From an uncultured archaeon (GTDB lineage Archaea; Aenigmatarchaeota; Aenigmatarchaeia; CG10238-14; EX4484-224), in contig CAZGBT010000001.1 in NCBI GenBank assembly GCA_964524025.1, forward strand, positions 1-57,160: DNA of 57,160 nucleotides. Direction: 5' to 3'. Below are positions 1-9,015 of the stretch, in pieces (position 1 is the stretch's first letter; each line of letters opens with the position of its first letter). Made by a program: the position numbers and the translations under genes. Below the pieces are notes generated by a model. The model worked only from the letters and a program-made list of their open reading frames with translations. It was not told the DNA's origin and did no database searches.

Positions 1-335
1 AAAATGCAAGGTATTACCATTTTTCTATCTCTTTTGAAAACTCTTGCAAAATAAATTCCAGCAGTTATTATAGGAAGAAAAATAAAATAGCTGCTTAAAC
101 TCTTTATTTTATAAAAACCTATTAGTAAGCCTACTAAATGCGCAAATACGATCGAAAAAGTCCCTGGAACTATTCCTAAGATGCTGCTTAAAATCGGTCC
201 AAAAATGACAGAGGCCGAAAATTTCATCTTTGTTCCTAAAATTGGGGTTAATTTAACCTTTGTTAGAATTATAAAAAATGCAGCAAAAAGTATTGAAAAG
301 AAGGATTTTACAACGATTAATTTTTTGCGCTTCAT
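1..335 (-). CDS. hypothetical integral membrane protein (partial; continues beyond window edge)
   Basis: Hand translation of the reverse strand from the ATG at 335-333 is stop-free to position 1 (MKRKKLIVVKSFFSILFAAFFIILTKVKL...GPILSSILGIVPGTFSIVFAHLVGLLIGF...). It is strongly hydrophobic. It is absent from the ORF track because it is truncated. Confidence 0.35.
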   Translation of the reverse strand, partial: MKRKKLIVVKSFFSILFAAFFIILTKVKLTPILGTKMKFSASVIFGPILSSILGIVPGTFSIVFAHLVGLLIGFYKIKSLSSYFIFLPIITAGIYFARVFKRDRKMVIPCI

Positions 336-464
336 TATTCCTTAATTCAAAATTTTAATTTAAATTACTACTTTGCATTTTCGCTAGCTTTGGTGAGATG
401 TGCTCAAAATGAATTTTTCGCAAAATGAGAAAAACATTGTAATCGGTTTGTGAATTTTTTCGAA

Positions 465-482
465 AGGGTACATATGTACCCT
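465..482. promoter_or_regulatory. perfect 18-bp palindrome AGGGTACATATGTACCCT directly upstream of a TATA-like box (TTTTATAAATA, 484-494)
   Basis: Read directly from the sequence. It lies in the divergent intergenic region between the partial membrane gene (start 335, minus) and the ThyX-like gene (start 597, plus). Confidence 0.3.
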
Positions 483-596
483 CTTTTATAAATAGTTTTC
501 TATAATTCATTATATTTTTTCTGGTATGCAAAAGTGATTAAGTTAAAAAGTTGGATGAAATTAAGAAGTTTATTTTTCCAATTTTAACTCTATTTA

Positions 597-1961
597 ATGA
601 GGCCTGTTTCAAAAGTAGTTAGAGTAAAACTTTTAGATATAGCACCAAAATTTAGAGATTTTGGGCCTTCAGAAATGTTAGCTATTTCTGGAATTTTAAC
701 TATTAAATCAGCAAGTTTCCAAGCTATGCTTAAAAGCTTGAACAAATCTTTAGTTAAAAAATTCCATAGAGAAGCGACAGCTAGAGGTCATGCATCTCTC
801 TTAACCTCTCCAAACGTTTATTTTTGGTTAGAGGGAAGTAGAATTTTAGATTTTTACTTCACAAGCTTTCCTTTTGGTTCTTACATAATGCTTAGCTCTA
901 GAAGGTTTGGAATTAGTTTCAAAAATATAGTTATACCAGATTCTATACTCGAGAGCAAATTTTCTGAAAAATACGAGAAAATTTGCAGAGAAATGGTAAG
1001 GTTTTATGCAGAAGAGATGAAAAAGGTTGGGAAAGATAAAGCAAGAAAAATTTTGCCTATAGGTTTTGTCTCAAGAGGCTTTTTCAATTTTCCATTACAG
1101 CTTTTAATTGGCAGCTTAAAAGAAGCAGAGAACGAAAACTTTCCTAGAGAAATTCAGCTAATGCTGGCTAAGATGGAAAGAAAAATGAAAAAAATTGGAG
1201 AAATTTATGAGGCAGCAAAATCTTTGCCTTACAATACTACCTATCCTCATCCTAACTTATTTTCGGAGAAAAAGCTGAAGGTGAGAAAGTTTAGGCTAAA
1301 AATTTTAAACAAGGAAAAGTTTAAGCTGCCTAAGATAAAGATCTTACCTGAAGCTAAAAAGATAATGGAGAATTGCAAATTATGGAAAGGTTTTGTTGAT
1401 TCTGTTGAGAATAAGTTGACTGTAAAAGTAGAAGCGAGAGTTTCTCTTGCTGCTTGGAATGAAATAAAAAGGCATAGAACCGTAAGGCAGGATGTGGAAT
1501 CTATTTATGATGCAGCTGAAGATTGTTTAAAAAACAAAAGATTGATACATGTACCTAAAGGTATTAATAAGAAAAGGTTTTTAGAAATTTGCTCAGAAGC
1601 ACTTTCCCTTTATGAGGAAATGGTGGAAAACGGGATAGAAAAAAGGGATGCAATTTATATCTTGCCACACTCAATTACCTTAGGAATAAATCTTATTTTA
1701 AACGGTTATCATATTTTCGACCCATTCGGATTTTTAGGAGTTAGATCTTGTTCAACAGCTGATTATGAATTGAATGAACTTTCCCAGAAAATAATAGATG
1801 AAATTTGTAAAAGGATAAGTGGAATTAAAAAATTGCTAGGACCTAAATGTAAAATAGGTTTTTGCCCAGAAAGGATTTTTTGTGCTAATATTTTCAGGTT
1901 TGTTAAGAATTATAATCTTGAGTTGCACAAAAAATTGCAGGCCGAACTTTTGCAAATCTAA
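597..1961 (+). CDS. ThyX-like (FAD-dependent thymidylate synthase family) protein with tandem-duplicated architecture
   Basis: The C-terminal half carries the ThyX signature RHR-x7-S (IKRHRTVRQDVES) and a downstream LP...R...A-type segment (YILPHSITLG...RSCSTADYEL). The N-terminal half shows a degenerate copy (GHASLL...FPFGSYIMLSSRRF...ARKILPIGF) without RHR. At 454 aa it is about twice normal ThyX length. Confidence 0.45.
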   Translation: MRPVSKVVRVKLLDIAPKFRDFGPSEMLAISGILTIKSASFQAMLKSLNKSLVKKFHREATARGHASLLTSPNVYFWLEGSRILDFYFTSFPFGSYIMLSSRRFGISFKNIVIPDSILESKFSEKYEKICREMVRFYAEEMKKVGKDKARKILPIGFVSRGFFNFPLQLLIGSLKEAENENFPREIQLMLAKMERKMKKIGEIYEAAKSLPYNTTYPHPNLFSEKKLKVRKFRLKILNKEKFKLPKIKILPEAKKIMENCKLWKGFVDSVENKLTVKVEARVSLAAWNEIKRHRTVRQDVESIYDAAEDCLKNKRLIHVPKGINKKRFLEICSEALSLYEEMVENGIEKRDAIYILPHSITLGINLILNGYHIFDPFGFLGVRSCSTADYELNELSQKIIDEICKRISGIKKLLGPKCKIGFCPERIFCANIFRFVKNYNLELHKKLQAELLQI

Positions 1962-2512
1962 AGTTCTTTATACATAAACAATTGTGAAATAAACCTTCCC
2001 TTATACTTTATAGATTTTGGAAGTTTCCCATAAGTTTTGAATCCTAATTTTTTGTAAAACCTTATCGCAATCTTGTTATTTTCAAGGACTTCAAGCCTAG
2101 CTATTTTTATTCCTAACTTTTTCTTTGCAAGTTCTAACAAATTCTGAAGTAAGATCTTCCCTATCCCAAGATTCCTATAATTTTTAGAAACGCTAATTCC
2201 TATCGTGCCTACGTGCCTTTCCCTAAATTTTCCTTTTTTTATGTTGCATATTCCTACTATTTTTCCATCAAGCTCGGCAACCAAAACTATAGCTTGATCC
2301 TTTTCAATTAACTCAACCCAATTTTTTATCCATTCAATCTCTTCTGCCTTACTAAATTTCTTATTTACCAATATCATTGCATCTTCTTCGACAAGCGAAT
2401 TTATAAATTTCAAACATTCTGGCCAATCTTCAAATTTAAGATACCTTACTAAAATGTTTCTACCATCTTTAATTTTGAATTTTCCAACAATAGAGCCACA
2501 CTTGCTTTTCAT
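1958..2512 (-). CDS. GNAT family N-acetyltransferase
   Basis: It has an acetyl-CoA binding motif region (VSKNYRNLGIGKILLQNLLELAKK) and the typical GNAT length and layout. Confidence 0.8.
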   Translation of the reverse strand: MKSKCGSIVGKFKIKDGRNILVRYLKFEDWPECLKFINSLVEEDAMILVNKKFSKAEEIEWIKNWVELIEKDQAIVLVAELDGKIVGICNIKKGKFRERHVGTIGISVSKNYRNLGIGKILLQNLLELAKKKLGIKIARLEVLENNKIAIRFYKKLGFKTYGKLPKSIKYKGRFISQLFMYKEL

Positions 2513-2544
2513 GCTTTTTATAATGCAATTTTAATTTAAATAGA

Positions 2545-2630
2545 GCGGGGGTCGCCTAGCCTGGTCGATGGCGGCGGGCTTAGGACCCGCTGGGGTAGTC
2601 CCTTCGTGGGTTCAAATCCCACCCCCCGCA
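2545..2630 (+). tRNA. tRNA-Leu (anticodon UAG), long variable arm
   Basis: Acceptor stem GCGGGGG/CCCCCGC+A. Anticodon stem-loop GCGGG-CTTAGGA-CCCGC. T arm GTGGG-TTCAAAT-CCCAC. Long variable arm. It is a GC-rich patch in AT-rich DNA. Confidence 0.9.
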
Positions 2631-2974
2631 TTTATCGCATTCAAGAAAAATATTCCTATCTCTTTTGAGACTTCTTATGTTACTAGGCTTATCCTAGTTT
2701 GGGCAGGAAGATTTGGAAAAATACCTTTGTGTTTAAAAACCTTTCTCGAAGATAAAGAAGTTGAAAGAAGAGTTAAGAGTTGCTTTATTCCATATCGCTA
2801 GTAAAACCAGAGAAAGCAATAAAAATAGCTAGAGTAGTTGGATTTAAAGATATGGAAAGGTTTACAGAATTAGCTAAAGAGTTAAGAAAGTATGCTGAAA
2901 AGAAAGAGACCATAAAATCTTATGTAGCTTAGTTTTCCAGAAGCATTTAAATAAGAAATTTCTGGAATAAAATT

Positions 2975-4420
2975 ATGTCTGAGCAACTAGGCATTACAGT
3001 AAAAAAATCTGAAAATTTTAGCGAATGGTATACTCAAGTTGTTATAAAAGCTGGTTTAGCAGATTATGGTCCTGTAAAAGGAACTATAGCTTTTAAACCT
3101 TATGCCTATGAAATTTGGGAAAAGATTAGAGAGATTTTTGATAAAATGATCAAAAAGACTGGCCATAGAAATGCATATTTCCCGCTTCTAATACCAGAAA
3201 GCTTTCTTAAGAAGGAAGCAGAACATTTCGAGGGCTTTGTCCCAGAAGTTTTTTGGGTAACTAAGGCTGGCGATAGAGAATTGGGAGAAAAACTAGCAAT
3301 AAGACCTACTTCAGAAACTATAATTTATAGCTTTTTCTCTAAATGGATAAAAAGTTGGAGAGATTTACCTTTGCTAATCAATCAATGGTGTAACGTTTTA
3401 AGAGCTGAAATAAAAGCTACAAAGCCATTTATAAGAACTTCAGAATTCTTATGGCAAGAAGGTCATACAGCTCATGAAACTTTTGAAGAAGCAGAAAAAG
3501 AAGTAATGCTAATCCTAGGCTTTTATAAAAAATTAATAGAAGAATACCTTGCAATTCCTGTAATAGCCGGTAAAAAAAGCGAACTAGAAAAATTTCCGGG
3601 AGCAGTTTATACAGCAACTTTAGAAGCTATAATGCCAGATGGCAAAGCTTTGCAATTAGCAACATCTCATCATTTGGGTCAAAACTTTTCAAAACCGTTT
3701 GAAATAAAATTTTTGGGAAGGGATGGAAAAGAACATTATGTTTACCAAACTTGCTGGGGAATTTCTACACGCTTAATAGGAGCTTTGATAATGATTCATG
3801 GTGATGATAAGGGTTTAATCTTACCACCAAGAATAGCTCCTTATCAAGTTGTTATAATTCCGATTTATTATAGCGACGAAGAAAAGGAAAAAGTTTTTAG
3901 GAAATGCGAAAAAGTTGAGAAAGAATTAGTTAAAAATTCTATAAGGGTTATTTTTGACAATAGGGAAGAATATACACCTGGCTGGAAATTTAATGATTGG
4001 GAGCTTAGAGGAGTACCATTAAGGATAGAAATAGGACCTAAAGATGTTGAAAACAAGCAAGTAGTTTTGGCCAGAAGAGATACTTTTGAAAAAATTGTTG
4101 TTAAAGATGAAAAGCTGGTTGAAACAATTAATAAATTGCTCGAAGAAATTCAGAAAAATTTATTTGAGAGAGCAAAAAAATTGAAGGAAAGTTTAACTAC
4201 TAAAGTAAAAAATTTTGAAGAATTTAAGAAAGTTATAAAAGAAAAGGGAGGTTTTGTAAAAGCTTGTTGGTGCGGAAGCAAAATTTGCGAGCAAAAAATA
4301 AAAGAAGAAACAGGAGCTACTGTAAGAGCTATACCTATTGAAAAGGAAGAGATTTTTGGAAACTGCGTATATTGTAATAGGAAAGCAAAAGTAGTTGCTT
4401 ATTTTGCGAAAGCTTATTAA
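2975..4420 (+). CDS. proS: prolyl-tRNA synthetase (archaeal/eukaryal type)
   Basis: The N-terminus (FSEWYTQVVIKAGLADYGPVKGTIAFKPYAYEIWE) and class II motifs (AIRPTSET, FIRTSEFLWQEGHTAH) are typical of archaeal ProRS, and it has a C-terminal Zn-binding-type tail. Confidence 0.9.
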   Translation: MSEQLGITVKKSENFSEWYTQVVIKAGLADYGPVKGTIAFKPYAYEIWEKIREIFDKMIKKTGHRNAYFPLLIPESFLKKEAEHFEGFVPEVFWVTKAGDRELGEKLAIRPTSETIIYSFFSKWIKSWRDLPLLINQWCNVLRAEIKATKPFIRTSEFLWQEGHTAHETFEEAEKEVMLILGFYKKLIEEYLAIPVIAGKKSELEKFPGAVYTATLEAIMPDGKALQLATSHHLGQNFSKPFEIKFLGRDGKEHYVYQTCWGISTRLIGALIMIHGDDKGLILPPRIAPYQVVIIPIYYSDEEKEKVFRKCEKVEKELVKNSIRVIFDNREEYTPGWKFNDWELRGVPLRIEIGPKDVENKQVVLARRDTFEKIVVKDEKLVETINKLLEEIQKNLFERAKKLKESLTTKVKNFEEFKKVIKEKGGFVKACWCGSKICEQKIKEETGATVRAIPIEKEEIFGNCVYCNRKAKVVAYFAKAY

Positions 4421-4923
4421 TGAGATTTTGGATTCATATCGCAATAATTTTAATTATTCTAGCAGTACTAGCTTTATTCAACTTCAAGATTAGACTTTTC
4501 TTATTCGCTTTGTTAGCATCATTTTCTTTACTCCACAACAGAATTACCCAGAATTATATAGGATTCGAGCTTTGCACCCTTTTAACTGTAATTGCTACTT
4601 TAAAATATGGTTTTGCAACTGGCATTTTTGTAGCTTTATTTTCCTTTGGCTTAGGTTTGATATTTGGAACGGAGCCTGAGCCAGGAATTTTAATTTGCTT
4701 ATTAGCTTCTTTGCTAATAGTTATCGTATCTTCCTTTTTCGATTCAAAAGATTTACTAGTGGCTGGTATGCTATCTACTTTAGTTTATGATCTGGTCATA
4801 TCAACTTTTTACTATTCTACAGGTTCCAATCCTTTTACAATCCTTTCTTTTTCAGTTACTCATTTGCTACTAAACTTCCTCATTTTTAAGTCACTTGGGT
4901 CTTTTTTCTTTTCTTTAATTTAA
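4420..4923 (+). CDS. hypothetical polytopic membrane protein
   Basis: The ORF is hydrophobic throughout, with about 5 predicted TM helices. Its ATG overlaps the proS stop (TAATG). No family recognised. Confidence 0.5.
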   Translation: MRFWIHIAIILIILAVLALFNFKIRLFLFALLASFSLLHNRITQNYIGFELCTLLTVIATLKYGFATGIFVALFSFGLGLIFGTEPEPGILICLLASLLIVIVSSFFDSKDLLVAGMLSTLVYDLVISTFYYSTGSNPFTILSFSVTHLLLNFLIFKSLGSFFFSLI

Positions 4924-5696
4924 TCGTATAGCACTTGACACTTTTCACAGACAAAAGTTTTTCTCTTGTTAGGTTCTTGGAGATAGAATTTAATTGGATT
5001 TCCGCAAATTGGACATGGTTTATTAAACTTGTTATAAACGAAAAGAATTGGCTTAATCCTTTTCCTCTTTTTCTTTCTTTCGAAAAATTCTTTAGACAAA
5101 TTTTCTGTTATTTTAAGTAAAAATCTTAATTTTCTTTCTGGTATTTTTCCCACTAAGCTATCAGGGTGTATTTTTGCTCTGAATAAGATTTCATTAGCTA
5201 AAATGTTCCCTATTCCAGCTATGCAAGTCTGGTCTAATAAAACTATTTTTATTTTATTGTTCTTCCTGCTTTTGAGCCTGCTTAATGCTTCTTCTAGATT
5301 CCAATCTTTTCTTAAAGGATCTGGTCCTAATTGATTTTTCAACTTTTCAAACAGAGAATAATCGTTTATTTCGATTATGGGAGCGTTATAAACTACAATT
5401 TTTCCTTTACCAGTTTTTATGAAAAGCCTTACCTGCTTTTCTGGCTTTAGTAGTTTTTCGTTAATTTTGTAGAAATGGATTGAGCCATAGAGCATTAAAT
5501 GAATTCTTATTACAAACTCGTCAATAAAAATAAAAATATTTTTTCCTATACAATCGACTTTATCTATAATTTTTCCAACCAGATCTTCTTTTTTGACTTT
5601 AACTTTTTTACTTCTCCAATAAATTTCCTTAATTTCACTTCCTACAAATTTGCTCAACTTTAAAGTATAAACTTTTGCTGTAGGTCCTTCTACCAT
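4920..5696 (-). CDS. Fpg/Nei family DNA glycosylase / AP lyase
   Basis: H2TH motif (LLDQTCIAGIGNILANEILFRAKIHP). C-terminal zinc finger (CPICGNPI...CEKCQ). N-terminus is MVEGPT (Nei/NEIL-like rather than PELPEV). Confidence 0.8.
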   Translation of the reverse strand: MVEGPTAKVYTLKLSKFVGSEIKEIYWRSKKVKVKKEDLVGKIIDKVDCIGKNIFIFIDEFVIRIHLMLYGSIHFYKINEKLLKPEKQVRLFIKTGKGKIVVYNAPIIEINDYSLFEKLKNQLGPDPLRKDWNLEEALSRLKSRKNNKIKIVLLDQTCIAGIGNILANEILFRAKIHPDSLVGKIPERKLRFLLKITENLSKEFFERKKKRKRIKPILFVYNKFNKPCPICGNPIKFYLQEPNKRKTFVCEKCQVLYD

Positions 5697-5727
5697 TTTT
5701 GCCCTAGGTTAATTTTATAGGTAAAAG

Positions 5728-6087
5728 TTGTATTTCTTAATTAAACAGCAAAATGTAAATATGAGAACGCCGAGTTTCCTATCGAAAATAAAACAAAAAA
5801 AACAAAATAAGATATATCTAGTAGTTCTCCTAGTTTTAATTATCCTTACAGTTTATTTATCCCTCCTGCTTACGGGATCGCTAGTAATTTCAACTCCAAT
5901 AGTCCCTACAATAGTTCAAAAAGTCTGTATAGAATGCGGCAAATGGAGTAGTGCCGGATACGAAGATATATGCCATTGCATAGGATTGCACTTTTGGAAA
6001 ATAGAAATTGGTGGAGGGTACGGTTATTGCTGTGGTATACCAATTTATATTGGAAGAAAAGTATATCTTCCAAAGGTACACCGATAA
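5728..6087 (+). CDS. hypothetical small membrane-anchored Cys-rich protein
   Basis: TTG start, one N-terminal TM helix, then a Cys-rich tail (CIECGKW...CHCIGL...YCCG). No family recognised, so it could be non-coding. Confidence 0.3.
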   Translation: MYFLIKQQNVNMRTPSFLSKIKQKKQNKIYLVVLLVLIILTVYLSLLLTGSLVISTPIVPTIVQKVCIECGKWSSAGYEDICHCIGLHFWKIEIGGGYGYCCGIPIYIGRKVYLPKVHR

Positions 6088-6145
6088 TTCCTATTAGGAG
6101 CTTAGCTGACGATAAAATTGTGAGTAATAATTATTATTGTAAATT

Positions 6146-7063
6146 ATGCAGAAATATGTTTACGTAAAAGTTAACGATAGAAGGCTAAGGCTTTCTAATT
6201 TGGATAAACTTATATGGCCAGATGAAGGCATAACAAAGGCTGAATTAATAGAATATTACTATAAAATCTCTGCTTACATACTAAAATATCTGAAAGATAG
6301 GCCTTTAACTTTAAGAAGATGCCCAGACGGAATTAAAGGAGAAATTTTTATTCAAAAGCAAAAGCCTGAATGGACACCAGATTGGGTTAAAACTTTTCCT
6401 TACTTCTCAAAAACTTTGGGGAAAGTTGTGGAATATATAGTTTGTAACGATTTACCAACCTTAATATGGTTAGCAAATCTAGCTAATGTAGAATTTAATC
6501 CAACCCTTTCTAGAATAGACGATTTTGAACATCCAGATTTTATAGTTTTCGATCTAGATCCTTTCGAGCCAGCAAATTTTGAGGATGCAAAAGATATAGC
6601 TTTCATAATAAGAGATGGCCTAAAATCTCTTAAGATAAAATCTCATGTAAAGACTTCTGGAGGAACTGGTCTCCAAATTTTTGTGCCTATAGAAAGAAAA
6701 TATACGTTTGAGCAAACTAGAAATTTTGTTATTAAAATAGCTAAAATGGTTGAAGAAGTTTATCCAAAAGCCCTATCAGCTTTTTTACCTTATTCGGAAA
6801 GGAAAGGCAGAGTATTCATAGATCCGTTACAAAATTCTCCTACTAAAACTATAATAGCGGCTTATAGTTTGAAACCATTGCCTAAAGCTCCTGTTTCTAC
6901 TCCTTTAGAATGGAAAGAATTAGATAAAGTAACAGATCCGAAAGAATTTAATATAAATACAATCTTTGAAAGATTAAAGAAGAAAGGGGATATTTTCGAT
7001 AAGGTTTTAAAAGAAAAACAAAACTTGGATAAACCTTTTAAAGAATTGGGGATAAAGATTTAA
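6146..7063 (+). CDS. LigD-type polymerase/primase domain protein (NHEJ PrimPol, stand-alone)
   Basis: The N-terminus (RLRLSNLDKLIWPDEGITKAELIEYYYKISAYILKYLKDRPLTLRRCPDGI) and the FDLDP and SGGTGLQIFVPI motifs match the LigD Pol (archaeo-eukaryotic primase) domain. Confidence 0.8.
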   Translation: MQKYVYVKVNDRRLRLSNLDKLIWPDEGITKAELIEYYYKISAYILKYLKDRPLTLRRCPDGIKGEIFIQKQKPEWTPDWVKTFPYFSKTLGKVVEYIVCNDLPTLIWLANLANVEFNPTLSRIDDFEHPDFIVFDLDPFEPANFEDAKDIAFIIRDGLKSLKIKSHVKTSGGTGLQIFVPIERKYTFEQTRNFVIKIAKMVEEVYPKALSAFLPYSERKGRVFIDPLQNSPTKTIIAAYSLKPLPKAPVSTPLEWKELDKVTDPKEFNINTIFERLKKKGDIFDKVLKEKQNLDKPFKELGIKI

Positions 7064-7085
7064 GGTACTACATACTTTTTATATT

Positions 7086-7745
7086 ATGCTAGAGAAGTTC
7101 GCTACCATAACTTCTCTAGCTCTAGTAGATGCCATAAATCCTTGTACTTTGGCTGTTCAAGTTTTGTTACTCTCAAGTCTTTTAGCTTCTAGAGGCAGAA
7201 AATCTGTATTAATAGGAGGGATCCTTTTTTCCTTAACAATTTATGCAATGTACGCTCTCTATGGTTTAGGAATATTAGCAGCTATATATGCAGCTAATGT
7301 TCAATCTTTTTTGAAAATAATTTTAAAGGCTCTCTTGATTTTCTTAGCTTCTTTAGAAATTATTGCATTCTTTAGATATAGACCTGGTTTAGTTTCTGTT
7401 GAAATGCCAAAAGCATTTAGACCTTTCGCTAAAAGTTTGCTTCTTTCTGTTCAATCTCCTTTAATGACAATTCCTGTAGCTGCTCTATGTTCAGTTTTAT
7501 TGTTGCCTTGTTCCTCTGGTCCTTATGCAGTCGCTTTAATGATAGTTGCAAATTGGCAAGCTATTTTGAGGATTTTAACCATAGCCTATTACAACTTACT
7601 ATTTATAATTCCTATGATAGCTATAACTCTTATAGTTTACTTTGGAACCAAACCAAAGAAAATTTTGGAATGGAGAGAAAAACACATTAGGGAAATTCAT
7701 CTAATCTCTGGCTTACTTCTCTTATTAGTTTTCTTCCTAACTTAA
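7086..7745 (+). CDS. CcdA/DsbD-like thiol:disulfide transmembrane electron transporter
   Basis: Polytopic membrane protein with the two conserved Cys contexts of the DsbD_2 family (DAINPCTLAV in TM1; LLPCSSGPY in a later TM). Confidence 0.6.
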   Translation: MLEKFATITSLALVDAINPCTLAVQVLLLSSLLASRGRKSVLIGGILFSLTIYAMYALYGLGILAAIYAANVQSFLKIILKALLIFLASLEIIAFFRYRPGLVSVEMPKAFRPFAKSLLLSVQSPLMTIPVAALCSVLLLPCSSGPYAVALMIVANWQAILRILTIAYYNLLFIIPMIAITLIVYFGTKPKKILEWREKHIREIHLISGLLLLLVFFLT

Positions 7746-7746
7746 C

Positions 7747-8310
7747 ATGAAAAAACTAATATTTTTATTGCCGGTTTTAGTTTTAATAATCTCTGTAATT
7801 TTTTTATTAAAGCTTTTTTTACACCAAACCTATTCGGGGTCGTTCAATAAAAATATTTCTTCCAACTTTTCGATTCCCAACTTTTCAACCATTTATCTTT
7901 GTTATTCAGAAACATGCCCACACTGTGGACATTTAACCTCTTATCTTGAAACTCTAAATTTAAAGAGGACAAAGATTTATAAAACAAAAGATTCTGCTTT
8001 TACTTACAAATGTTTATTAAAGCTTGGAATAAGATGGGATTTTGGAGTTCCAATAGTTTTTGCTAAAACAAAGAATGAAACTATAGTAATCCAGGGTTAT
8101 CCATCAAGCTCTCAAGAGAAAGATGGATACTTTTTAGGAAAAGAAATAGAAAAGAAAATCTGCGAACAATCTAAAGGAACTCCATTTTTTGATAAAAATG
8201 GAAATTATTTGTTCTGCAAATTGCCTAATGGAATCATTTTAGGAAATAGGTATGCCATAAATTATTTAATAAATAAGTGCGAAAGGGAAGTTTGCGAAAA
8301 AATTTGTTAA
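7747..8310 (+). CDS. membrane-anchored thioredoxin-fold protein (CPHC active site)
   Basis: N-terminal TM anchor and a SETCPHCGHL CxxC motif. It starts 2 nt after the CcdA-like gene, so the two are likely an operon. Confidence 0.5.
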   Translation: MKKLIFLLPVLVLIISVIFLLKLFLHQTYSGSFNKNISSNFSIPNFSTIYLCYSETCPHCGHLTSYLETLNLKRTKIYKTKDSAFTYKCLLKLGIRWDFGVPIVFAKTKNETIVIQGYPSSSQEKDGYFLGKEIEKKICEQSKGTPFFDKNGNYLFCKLPNGIILGNRYAINYLINKCEREVCEKIC

Positions 8311-8861
8311 AGGCCAAGCTCTGAATGAATTTCTTTAAGAGCTTCTAGTCCTAACTCAAAAAATTTTTCTTTAGGAATTCCTAGTTTTTCGCAGAATAAA
8401 ATCCTTTCTCTACTAACTTTTCTCGCAAAATCTTTTTGCTTAAATTTCTTTGCTATAGATTCTACTCTAACTTCTTCCAATTTTTTATTTGGCATTACTA
8501 AAGCACAAGCTATTATTAGACCAGATAAAGAATCTGCAGCTACTAAAGCATATTCCAATTTATTTTTAGGTTCTATTCCTGTGTTTTCAAAGTTATGAGC
8601 TTTTATAGCCCTTAATATTTCTTCATCTTTTATATGCTTACTTAAAATTTCAGCAGCCATAATTCCATGCATTTTTGGATTATCCTTAGTTTTTTCATAA
8701 TCTATATCGTGAAGCAAGCCAACTAATCCCCATTTTTCTTTATCTTCGTTTAAAAATTCCGCTAGCTTTCTCATTATAGCTTCTACAGCTATGCAATGTT
8801 TAACAAGCTTGTCATCATTCAGATAATTTTTAAGCAAATTGATTGCTTCTTCCCTTTTCAT
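8307..8861 (-). CDS. HD-domain (HDIG-type) metal-dependent phosphohydrolase
   Basis: H...HD motif region (KHCIAVEAIM...GLLHDIDYE) and the typical size of about 180 aa. Confidence 0.75.
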   Translation of the reverse strand: MKREEAINLLKNYLNDDKLVKHCIAVEAIMRKLAEFLNEDKEKWGLVGLLHDIDYEKTKDNPKMHGIMAAEILSKHIKDEEILRAIKAHNFENTGIEPKNKLEYALVAADSLSGLIIACALVMPNKKLEEVRVESIAKKFKQKDFARKVSRERILFCEKLGIPKEKFFELGLEALKEIHSELGL

Positions 8862-9015
8862 TAAACCAAGATTATGACAGAAAATTTTTAAAACTTTTTA
8901 CAAGATTTTGTTAAAATATCACTAAGAATGTATAAAACAAAAAATCGAACACGAAGTCTCCAGAAAAAAGAGGGGTTAAAACTTCTTCACTTACTTTCAA
9001 TTAAATCGCCTTAGC

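Noticed and set aside
2568-2801. 77-aa ORF beginning inside tRNA-Leu
   Set aside because: Its first 60 nt are the tRNA gene itself (MAAGLGPAGVVPSWVQIPPP is the translated GC-rich tRNA), and the remainder has no recognisable motif. The 345-bp tRNA-proS spacer may hold decayed gene fragments, but I cannot support a CDS.
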